From an uncultured Methanosarcinales archaeon (GTDB lineage: Archaea > Nanobdellota > Nanobdellia > Woesearchaeales > JABMPP01), in assembly GCA_964604995.1 (NCBI GenBank), contig CAZSAD010000011.1:1-45515 (forward strand): DNA of 45,515 nucleotides, given 5' to 3'. Both the position numbers and the translations under genes were made by a program. The notes under the pieces are model-generated. The model worked only from the letters and a program-made list of their open reading frames with translations. It had not been told where the DNA came from and did not search any database. Positions 9,518-20,900 of this stretch are shown piece by piece (within the stretch, counting starts at the first letter, position 1; each line of letters begins with the position of its first letter).

Positions 9518-10429
9518 ATGAAAGAATTAAAACTTGATTTAAAACCACTTTTGAAAAAAGCGTCATATATTAGTTTTAAAAATATTAGAGGACCAGCTGA
9601 TGTTACAACAAGTTCTGGAGAAAGACAAGTTGGTACAAGAAGAGCTATTTTTGGAGCAAAGGGATTTGAATTCGAAAAATTTAGAGATTTTGTTCCCGGA
9701 GATGATGGTGATAGAATAGATTGGATTGCGAGTCTTCGAGCTCAAAAAACATTAATAAGGGTATATTCTGAAGAACAAAATAAAGAAATAATATTTTTTT
9801 TAGATGTTAGCTCGAGTATGTCGTATTCTTCTTATGGAAAATTAAAAAATGAATATGCTGCAGAACTTTTAGCAACACTTAGTTATGCTTTAGCTGATTC
9901 GGGAGATAGTATGGGACTTGTTATGTTTACAAATAAACTAAAAGTAGTTGTTCCCTCTCAACCTGGAAAACCACAATTTATGAGGATATTAAGATATATA
10001 TCTAATCCAGAAAATTATGAAGGAAAATATGATTTAGAAAAAACATTAACTATGCTAATTGGTTCAAGAAAAAAACCTTGTGTACTTGTTATTATAAGTG
10101 ATTTTATTGGATTAAAACCTGGATGGGAAAAGGTATTAAAAACAATGTCTGCTATGAAATATGAAATAGTCGGATTAATGATAAGAGATCCACTTGATGA
10201 TAAATTCCCAAAGGGACATTTTATTGGTCAAGTTGCAATAAATGATCCTTTTAGTAATGACCAATTATTAATGGAACCAAATATAATAGCTAAGAAATAT
10301 GAACAATATAATGTTGAAGAAATAGAATCCATAAAAGCAATTTTCAAATTTATTAGAGCTCCACTAATTACTTTGCATACAAATGAAGATTTTTTTGAAA
10401 AAGTCAAAAAAATGTTTGGTGGTACATAA
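9518..10429 (+). CDS. DUF58 family protein (VWA-like)
   Basis: GFEFEKFRDFVPGDD..RIDW, FLDVSSSM and IISDF motifs; follows moxR. Confidence 0.85.
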   Translation: MKELKLDLKPLLKKASYISFKNIRGPADVTTSSGERQVGTRRAIFGAKGFEFEKFRDFVPGDDGDRIDWIASLRAQKTLIRVYSEEQNKEIIFFLDVSSSMSYSSYGKLKNEYAAELLATLSYALADSGDSMGLVMFTNKLKVVVPSQPGKPQFMRILRYISNPENYEGKYDLEKTLTMLIGSRKKPCVLVIISDFIGLKPGWEKVLKTMSAMKYEIVGLMIRDPLDDKFPKGHFIGQVAINDPFSNDQLLMEPNIIAKKYEQYNVEEIESIKAIFKFIRAPLITLHTNEDFFEKVKKMFGGT

Positions 10430-10430
10430 A

Positions 10431-11384
10431 ATGGAAATATCATTTTTAAATCCAAAGTATCTTTGGCTTTTAGTTAGTATACCTATGTTAATATTAGTTC
10501 ATTTATTTTCACTTAAATTTCTTAGAACAAGAGCTTGGATATTTTCAAATTATGAAGCAATAAAAAGGGTTAGTGGTGTTGAACAAACAATGCGTAATAG
10601 TATTATTATTAGGAAAAATTTTTGGCTACTTGCAACTGAAATATTAGTTGTTGGAATGGTTATTTTATCAGCTGCTGATCCGATTTATTTTTATGTTGGA
10701 AAATCTAGCCAGAAAAGTTATGTTATTGCAATAGATGCATCGGCAAGTATGCTTGCTGATGATTTTAGTCCAAATAGATTGGAAGCTGCAAAAAATGCAG
10801 CTTTTCAATTTTTAGATAAGTTACCAGATAAAACCAGTGTTGGAATTGTAACTTTTTCAGGAACAAGTTTTGTGGAAAGTCCAATGACTGAAAGCATGAA
10901 TGATTTGAAGGATACTATAAAAAAAATTGATATAAAAAATGTAGGAGGAACAGATATTGCTGGAGCCATAATTACTTCAGCCAATATTATGTCAAAAGAG
11001 CAGCGAAGTAAAACAATAATACTTCTTACAGATGGTAGGAGTACTGTTGGTGCCCCAATTGAAGAAGGAATAAATGCTGCGATAGATAAAGGGATTGTGA
11101 TTCATACAATTGGTATGGCAACAGAGAAAGGTGGATCTTATATTAAAAGTGACATTATCTCTACAATAGATAATACCACCATGACACAAATATCACAAAG
11201 CACTGGTGGTATATATTATTTAGCAGAGAACAATGAAAAATTAGATAGTTCTTTTAATGAAATTATCACAACATCACAAGAAAAAGTTATGGTTAGAATG
11301 CAATTACCATTATTGTTATTTGCTCTTGCGCTTATTTTTCTGCAATGGGGAATGATAAACACAAAATATAGAACGCTTCCTTAA
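10431..11384 (+). CDS. BatA-like membrane-anchored VWA domain protein
   Basis: N-terminal SFLNP.YLWLL..IP (BatA-like), MIDAS DASASM, LLTDG, C-terminal TM. Start moved to the in-frame ATG at 10431, after GGTGGT and just after the DUF58 stop. Confidence 0.85.
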   Translation: MEISFLNPKYLWLLVSIPMLILVHLFSLKFLRTRAWIFSNYEAIKRVSGVEQTMRNSIIIRKNFWLLATEILVVGMVILSAADPIYFYVGKSSQKSYVIAIDASASMLADDFSPNRLEAAKNAAFQFLDKLPDKTSVGIVTFSGTSFVESPMTESMNDLKDTIKKIDIKNVGGTDIAGAIITSANIMSKEQRSKTIILLTDGRSTVGAPIEEGINAAIDKGIVIHTIGMATEKGGSYIKSDIISTIDNTTMTQISQSTGGIYYLAENNEKLDSSFNEIITTSQEKVMVRMQLPLLLFALALIFLQWGMINTKYRTLP

Positions 11385-11431
11385 TTTTTTTAGACGACAA
11401 AAATGAATTAATGATTTTTATTGAATAGTTA

Positions 11432-11676
11432 TACTTACATTGTAAGTAAATGATTAAAAAGATTTATATATAACAATACTTACCATGTAAGTAAATAATG
11501 ATAATTTCTTTTAAAATTGCAAACATTTATTAATACTTACATTGTAAGTATTGAAAAAAGAAATAATTTTTGAAAAATATTACAATATCAAAAAATATTT
11601 AAATAACTTATATACTTACATTGTAATGTTTTAGTGATATATAATAAAAATAATTGATTAACTTACAATGTAAGTA
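11432..11676. promoter_or_regulatory. Array of five 17-bp palindromes TACTTACA-W-TGTAAGTA (candidate operators)
   Basis: Copies at 11432-11448 (perfect), 11477-11493 (one arm mismatch), 11534-11550 (perfect; arms extend to 10 bp), 11613-11629 (degenerate right arm) and 11660-11676 (one arm mismatch). Confidence 0.8.
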
Positions 11677-11696
11677 TCATAGTTCATAATTAAAAT

Positions 11697-11978
11697 GTGT
11701 ATTTATCAGTTACGTTGGGGGATAAATTGAAAGTTAATAGGATTCGAAATAAAGAGAAGAATCCTAAATTAAAAAAAGATAGTTCTAAATCCACAGCAGA
11801 AATATTATTACCAACACATATTTTTCAAGATAGAGATGTTAGTGTTCTTGAAGCAATTTCTGAATACATGAAAGATTCCATGGGACTTAGTTATCATGAG
11901 ATTGCGCAAATGCTTAGTCGCGACGATAGAACAATTTGGACATGTTATAACAGAGCTAAAATAAAAAGGAAAAAATGA
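11697..11978 (+). CDS. Small helix-turn-helix DNA-binding protein (sigma70 region-4-like)
   Basis: GLSYHEIAQMLSRDDRTIWTCYNRAK HTH pattern; the stop overlaps the giant 1 start (ATGA). An alternative TTG start at 11727 follows GGGGGA. Confidence 0.75.
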   Translation: MYLSVTLGDKLKVNRIRNKEKNPKLKKDSSKSTAEILLPTHIFQDRDVSVLEAISEYMKDSMGLSYHEIAQMLSRDDRTIWTCYNRAKIKRKK

Positions 11979-14900
11979 AAACACAAAAAATAAGTTGGAT
12001 GATTGTAATTTTCATTTTACTAGTTTTAGCTACAAATAATATAAGAGCTGCTGATCCTGGACATGGTGCTTCTTCAGTTGGATCAGGAACATTTGAATCA
12101 GGTAATTACACTTTCCCAGATAGTTTAATTGTAACAAATAAAGTTGGGATTGGGACAACATCACCTAGTGATTTATTAACTATTTATGAAGGATCAACTG
12201 CTAGAAATGGAATTAAAATTGATGCTGGTTCAGGAATGTTTACTAAATTTTGGCAAGGAACAGGATTGATGGTTATTGATACCAATTCTTCAGGAATAAC
12301 TTTTGGTTATGATTATACAAATAAAAATTATAGTTTTATTGGTAATGTAGGTATTGGAACAACAGCACCAGGACAAAAATTAACGGTTTTAGGAACTACG
12401 AATATTACTGGTGCAACTTATTTAGGAAATTCACTTTGTGGAACTGGACAAGTGTTGACGACAAATTCTGCAACTGGATTAATTAGTTGCACTGCAGTTG
12501 GTTCGGCAGCTGCAACAGTTGGAGGCTCTGGAAGTTCTGGGTACATTGCAATGTGGAATGGAACAAATCAAATTAATAATTCAATTATTTATCAAGGAGC
12601 AAGTGGTGTTGGAATTGGGACGACAAATCCATCAGAACAATTAGAAGTTACAAATAGAATAAAGGCAAAACAATTATTGTCAACTGGAATAGTTTCATCA
12701 CATCCCTCAATTTCTGATGGATATATAGAATTATATATGTATAATAATAGTGGTTCAATGACAGGAAGATTATTGGCTTTTGATGGTTCTACATATAAAG
12801 ATTTAGCAATTGGAGATTGGAATAATGGTAATCCTAATATTATGTTAAAAGTTGGTGGCAACGTAGGTATTAACATTTCTTCACCATCACAAACATTAAC
12901 TGTTAAAGGAACTGCGAACATAACGGGTGCAACTTATTTAGGAAATTCTAAATGTTCAGGTGGACAAGTATTAACAACTGATGTAACAACTGGACTTATT
13001 AGTTGTACATCTGCATCTGGACTTGGTGGAGTTATTTCTGGACAAGGAAGTTCTGGTTATATTGCAATGTGGAATGCAACATCGCAAATTAATAATTCCA
13101 TTATTTATCAAGGAGCAAGTGGTGTTGGAATTGGAACAACATCACCTAGTGGACTTTTGGATGTAAGAGGAAATAATACGGGGGGGAATTTACTTCAATT
13201 AACAGGACTTAATCAATATTATGGATTTATAAATTTTGCAGATGATGTTGGAGGAAGCCCTGGATTTTTTGGATGGTCCAAATCAGGATATTATGCTAGT
13301 GTATATGATAAAGGATGGTTACTAAAAAATAATAAAGGATTGACAATAGTAAATGGTTCAAATGTAGTGACAATGGTCATAACTCCAGATAATAAAATGG
13401 GTATTGGAACGACGGCACCACAAACAAAATTAGAAGTTTATGAAAATACAAATGCTGGAGGTTTTGGTTCTTATCCTTCAATTCTTGTGAGTAATCCAAA
13501 TGGAACAGGATATGCAATGATTGGATTAACAAATGGAACAGGAGTTTCTAATTTAATAGGTAGAATACTTATGGACACTAGTGAAAATTTAGTTGTTGGA
13601 ACTTATGCAAATACTAATTTAATTTTCGATACTAACCATGTTGAAAGAATGAGAATTGATACTTCAGGAAAAGTTGGTATTGGAACAACAACTGTTCCAG
13701 AAGTTTTGACAGTGAATGGAAATATTTCTGCAAGTGTATTTTATGATGCAAATAATAAAGAGTATTATGTTGATCCTGCAACAACATCAATATTAAACAT
13801 TACAAGGATAACAACACTTTACAATTCGTCAGGCCAAACATTTTTCTCTAATACATGTACTTATGGAATTGCATCAATTAGTGCAACAGGAACTGTTACA
13901 TGCGCAAGCCAGCAAGGAAGTGGTAATGGAAATATTGCAGGAAGTGGAAGTTCTGGGTATATTGCAATGTGGAATGGAACTAATCAAATTAATAATTCAA
14001 TGATTTATCAAGGGGCAAGTGGTGTGGGAATTGGAAATATTAATCCTTCATACACCTTAGATGTCAATGGCACTGCAAGATTTAGTGGCTCAGTAATATA
14101 TTTAGGACAAGTAGTTTCTTCTCCTGTGGTATTACTCGAATCGTCAGATATTGGAGGTTTTGGAGTATTAAATATATCAACACCAAATGAAGATGCACAA
14201 AAAATAAATTTTAAAGTTGGTGGAAAAACAACTGCATTACTTTATTCAAGAGGAACAATAGCAAATACTTATTTGCAATTAAATGATGGTATTACAGAAA
14301 CTACAAGAATTCAATTAAGTACAAATGGAACAACATATTTTAATGGAGGCAATGTTGGAATTGGAACAACAACTGTTGCACAAAAATTAGTTGTTTATGA
14401 TGGAAACATTTCATTAAGTGGAACTACTTCTGTAAGTCATGGAATTATTATGGATAGAGGACAAAATATTACTCCAACTAATTTACAAAGTGCAATATAC
14501 ACTGAATGGAATGGTGGAGGGAATTATGAAACCCTAACTATGCGAGCTGAAGGAATTAAATTTCAAAAATATGATGGAACAAATTATATGTTTATAAAAT
14601 CTGGAGGAAATGTTGGTATCAATACAACATCGCCAGGACAAACATTAACAGTTTCTGGAACTGCAAACATAACTGGTGCAACTTATTTAGGAAATTCAAA
14701 ATGTTCGAGTGGACAAGTTCTTACAACTGATTTAACAACCGGACTTGTTAGTTGCACTGCAGTTGGTTCGGCATCTGCAACAGTTGGTGGCTCTGGAAGT
14801 TCTGGTTATATTGCAATGTGGAATTCAAGTTCACAAATTAATTCATCTGTAATATTTGTAAATATTACAACGGGTAATATTGGTATTGGAACAACAACAC

Positions 14901-17900
14901 CAAATGGAAAATTGCACATTGTTGGTGCATATAATAGTAGTACAACTGCTCCTTTAATTGTTCAAAATACAAATGGTTACGCAGATCCTTACACCCAATA
15001 TTCACAAATTTGGTTAGATAATGCTAGTACCCCTATGGCATGGATTAGAGCTGATGGGAGTTTTTATATTGGTGGAACTCAAGGACAAATGAAACCAAAT
15101 AGAGTCCAATTAAATATAGCAGGGACAGCAGCAGCTCCTGTTGTTATGAATATTTATAACACCGGTATTTTTTTCCCAGCAACTGATGGGATAGCATTTA
15201 CAAATGCAGGTACTGAATCAATGAGAATTATTTCTGGTGGTAATGTTGGAATTAACACAACAACTCCTTTACAAACATTAACGGTAAAAGGTACTACAAA
15301 TATTACTGGTGCAACTTATTTAGGAAATTCGTTGTGTTCTGCTGGACAAGTGTTAACTGCAGATACGACAACTGGACTAATTAGTTGCACTGCAGTTGCG
15401 AGTGCGAGTGCAACAGTTGGAGGCAGTGGAAGTTCTGGATATATTGCAATGTGGAATGGAACTAATCAAATTAATAGATCAATGATTTATCAAGGGACAA
15501 GTGGAATTGGAATTGGAACAACTAGTCCAAATGCAAAATTAACTTTGTCAGTTGGCAATGTAGATGGAATATTAATTAATTCAACAAATTCTGGTTATTT
15601 AAGATTGTATAATGATGATGGTTACACTTGGGGATTTACAAATTCATATAATAAAGGAGATTTATTTGAGATTTTATCTGGAACTTCTGGTTCTACCCCA
15701 ACTACCAACAGGTTTAGTATAAATGGTTCGAGTGGATACGTTGGAATTGGAACATATTATCCTTCTTCATTACTTGAAGTTAATGGAAATGTTGAGTTAA
15801 CTAATTTGTATAACAATTCAGGAACAAATTTTTTCTCTGGAAGCTGCACTTATGGAATTGCATCTATTTCTGCAAGTGGTGCAGTTACATGTGCAGCACA
15901 GCAAGGAAGCGGAAATGGAAATGTTGGAGGCTCTGGAAGTGCTGGTTATATTGCAATGTGGAATGGAACTAATCAAATTAATTCATCAATAATATATCAA
16001 GGAGTGGGAAGAGTTGGAATTGGGACGACAAATTCACTTGCAATATTAGATATTAGAAATGGGGTATCAAATACAACTCCTTCATTAAATATTTATGGTG
16101 CAGGGGCATGGGGTAGTGGTTACCTTGCACAACTTGGAAATTATGGAACAATAAGTCAAAAATCATCTGGAAATATGGAATTAAGTTGGGGAGGATATTT
16201 TAATGGAAGTACCACATTTACTAAAACTTATTCTGGAGGATTAGGAATGTTAAATTTAGAATTTGGAAATGGTCCAATATTCAAAATACAAACAGATTTT
16301 ACAAACATATCTTATGCACCAAATTTTGTAGATATTTTTGTTATAAATAATCAAACTGCATATTTTTCAAATTCTAATGTTGGTATTGGGACAACATCAC
16401 CAAATTATAAATTGGAAGTTGATGGAACATCGGATTTTGGGGGAGATACTACCTGGAATAATGGTGCTGCTGGATTAATAAGTTATGGAACTGGGAGATT
16501 TATTATAAGGGCTGCAAGTGGACAAAATTTGTCTTTAGGTGCTGGCGGTTCTAATGATAAAATATTTATTGATTCTTCCGGTAATGTTGGAATTGGAACA
16601 ACGAGTCCTGGTGCAAAATTACATGTTAATGGGAATATGATTTTTGGTGAAGGAACACAAACTCAATTATATGGATTTTCGAATAGTTTAGGATACACTC
16701 AAACAGCCAATGGATTTGTTAATAGTACTGGGTGGTATGTATATAATACCAGTTATCCTGGAGTGATAATGGATTTTCATACACATGATGATCCAATTAG
16801 TTCAGTTGGATATTGGTACATCCCAAATGGAACAGGATCACAGAATATATACCGACAATTTGCATTTGATGTTAAAAATGCAAGATTAGGAATAAATCTA
16901 GATAATGGTATTGCGGGAGGAGGAAAGACTCCAACTTCAACTCTGCATGTCGTTGGAACTGCAAACATTACTGGTCAAACTTATTTAGGAAATTCATTGT
17001 GTTCTACTGGACAAGTATTAACAACAAATTCTGCAACTGGATTAGTTAGTTGCACTGCGGTTGGTTCAGCAGCTGCAACAGTTGGTGGTAGTGGAAGTTC
17101 TGGTTATATTGCAATGTGGAATGGAACATCACAAATTAATAATTCAATAATTTATCAAGGAGCAAGTGGTGTTGGTATTGGAACAACGAATCCAACTTCA
17201 ACTTTGTCTGTAGGTAGTTCAAGTACCGGAACAACTACACGTATTCTTGTTGAAAGTAATTCTTCTGATACATCTTATGATATTGTTTATGGTAAGAAAT
17301 ATTATCCTAGATATACATTTTATGATTTAACTAACAGTCATGAAATGTATATGTGGTATTTAGGCGATCAATTAAGATTAGGTAGTGGTGCAGGAAGTGC
17401 ACCTACATCTGGATTATTAATTCCCTATGGAAATACACCTAATATTTATGCACCTGGAAAATTTATTGTAGGTAGTGATACAAGTGCTGGTGGAACTTAT
17501 AAATTGGAAGTAATTACAAAATCATCAGTAGATGGTATAAGAATAACAACAAATCAGACAAACTTTGACCCTTATGTGATATTAAGCAGAAATGGAACAG
17601 GGACTGAAGTAGATAAAAAAACGATTAGTGTACGTGGAAGTTCTGGAAGTGCATATCTTGCTTTTGGAAATAGTTCGAATCCTGACCAGATGGTAATAAC
17701 TACAAGTGGTAATGTGGGTATTGGTTCAACAAATCCAACAGCTTTACTACAAGTTGGAACAACAGATAGTAGACGAGCACAAATTTCTGCAAGTGGTTTA
17801 TTAAATATTTATTATGGAGATAGTGCAGGAGATACAAAATTTATTACCTTGGAAAATGCATATGGCAATACTGCGAACAGCCATAGTATTTTATTCAAGT

Positions 17901-20900
17901 CAGGTGATGGTACTACAAAATATAATTCTGCGCAAATACTCCAAGGTCATGAACAAGATTGGACCACAACCGCTAGTACAAGAGATTCATTTTTAACATT
18001 TTATACTACTGTGGATAGTGCTATGGCTGAAAAAATGCGTATAACTTCGTCTGGAAACGTTGGTATTAACACAACATCGCCTGGACAAACATTAACGATA
18101 AAAGGTACTGCAAATATTACTGGTGCAACTTATCTTGGAAATACATTGTGTTCTACTGGACAAGTATTAACAACAAATTCTGCAACTGGATTGATTAGTT
18201 GCACTGCAGTTGGAGATGCATCTGCAACAGTTGGTGGCAGTGGAAGTTCTGGTTACATTGCAATGTGGAATGGAACAAATCAAATTAATTCATCATCAAT
18301 TTTTCAAAATGGAACAACTGGAGGTATAGGAATTGGAACAACTAATCCAGGTGCTTATAAATTATTCATAAATGGTAATGCTTACTTAAATGGATATTTA
18401 ATTGGAACTTCAACTATTCAATTAAGTAATGGTAATGGTTTTAGAAGTTCAAATTATGCAAATGGATTATATGTTTATTCCGACAATCATACAACAATAA
18501 AAAATGGAGCAGGGACAGATATTGTAGCATTTACTGATTCAGGAAATGTTGGAATTGGAACAACATCGCCAGGAGCACCTTTAGAGATATATTATAACAA
18601 TACTGCATATGGACTCGGATTAATAATAAAAGGCATTGGAACAACAAACGCATATACTGGAATATCTTTTAAAGATTATGATTCTGAAAATTTAAACATC
18701 TTTACCGCTGTAAATGGATATAATTATATTCGTGGAATTTCAGAAGCTCCGATGGTTTTTTATACAAATAATACTGAAAGAATAAGAGTTGATGCAAGTG
18801 GTAATGTTGGAATTGGAACAACAAATCCAGTTTCTATATTACATATCAATAGTGAAAATGCAGTTGCGAAATTTACAAATTCCGCTTCTGGTACAACTGC
18901 TACTGATGGTGTGCAATTTGGCCATGTTGGAGGGGGTTCTCTTAATTCAGAAATGTGGAATTATGAAAATGGTTATTTTAGAATCGGCACAAATAATTAT
19001 GAAAGAATACGAATTTTAGCAAGTGGAAGTATAGGCATCAACACAACAACTCCAGGACAAACATTAACTATTGTCGGAACTGCAAACATTACAGGTGCAA
19101 CTTATTTAGGAAATTCATTATGTGCTACTGGACAAGTATTAACAACAAATTCTGCAACAGGATTAATTAGTTGTACTACAGTTGCGAGTGCGAGTGCAAC
19201 AGTTGGAGGCTCTGGAAATTCAGGTTACATTGCAATGTGGAATGGAACAAATCAAATTAATAATTCAAAAATTTATCAAAGCACAAATGGAATTGGAATT
19301 GGAACAACAACTGTACCAGAAGTTTTAACAGTCAATGGAAATTTATCTGCAAGTGTATTTTATGATGCAAATAATAAAGGATATTATGTTGATCCTGCAT
19401 CGACAAGTTATGTTAATGCATTAAATACTGCAGGAAGAATAGGAGTAGGAACAACAACTGTACCAGAAGTTTTAACAGTGAATGGAAATATTTCTGCAAG
19501 TGTATTTTATGATTCTGAAAATAAAGGATATTATATTAATCCATCAAATAGTGCAACATCAATACTTACTGCAGGTAATGTTGGTATCGGAACAACATCA
19601 CCAAGTGATAAATTACATATTGTTGGAAATGTGCAAATACAAAATGGATCTTTAAACGAACCATTATTCACAGCTTTAGGACCAAATCTAATTTCTAAAG
19701 CTGACATATTAAATGGTGGAACAAATGGATGGTTAACTTCAAGCGGATATAGTAATGTTATTGTAATTGGGCCAGAAGGAACAGAAACAGTTGCAATATA
19801 CAAATATCTTAACACATCGTCTGGACTTTATACAGATTACATAAATGTTGATCCTACAAAATCTTATCTAATTGAATATTGGATAAAACAAAATTCAACT
19901 AGTCAAGGAACTAATTATCTTGGACGTGAAGAATACACTTCAGCAAAAGTTGATAATGACCAAGGAAATGGACCTTACACTTGGAATGATAGACCCCCTA
20001 GAGCAAATGAATGGTATCATGTTTATGGAATAATCCCACCATATAATGCTGGAGCTGAAGGAACTCATAGTGCAACAAATTCCCCATATACACCAGGAAC
20101 TGAGTATAAATTCTGGAGTAACGCCACTACAAAAATTAAAATTAAAATATTTTTAAGTTATTATGGTTCACAAAATGCAGATACTTGGGTAACAAAAGTT
20201 GCAATCAGAGAAATAGGGGGATCTTATACTGGAACACTTTCAGTAGATAATGGAAGTAATGTAGGTATTGGAACAACGACACTTTCACAATTATTAACAG
20301 TAAAAGGAACTGCAAACATAACAGGTGCAACTTATTTAGGAAATTCATTATGTGCTGCTGGACAAGTGTTAACAACTAATTCTGCAACTGGATTAGTCTC
20401 ATGCACATCAAGTCTTTCTGGAAGTGTTAGTGGTTCAGGAAGTTCTGGTTACATTGCAATGTGGAATGGAACAAATCAAATTAATAATTCAATTATTTAT
20501 CAAGGAGCAAGTGGTGTTGGTATTGGGACAACAACTACAAATTATAAATTAAATATTCAAGATTCCATGGTAATTTTGGGTTCATCTCCAGTTTTAAGGA
20601 TGGGTTCTGGAGCACTTTCCTCGTTATCTTGGAATTCTGGTGGAGCAACTTATGGAACATACACTTTTGGAAATGCACAAGATATAGATACTCAAATAAG
20701 TGCGGGTAATGGAACAATTTACATAGATGGAACAACTGGCAATGTCGGCATTGGTACAACAGCACCAGATAGCACTTTAGATGTCCATGGAACAGTAAAT
20801 GTAACAGGACTTACTACAATAGGAAATTATAGTGCTACTTCCTCCCAGTTAATTGTTCAAGGAGGAGTAAGTGGTGCACCAATAATAACATTAAAAAGAA

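Noticed and set aside
3283..11189. Short overlapping or antisense ORFs within the housekeeping genes
   Set aside because: They overlap well-supported genes and have no recognisable motifs.
11432..11676. CRISPR array interpretation of the five repeats
   Set aside because: The repeats are only 17 bp, the spacers are irregular (28, 40, 62 and 30 nt) and very AT-rich, and there are no cas genes in the window.
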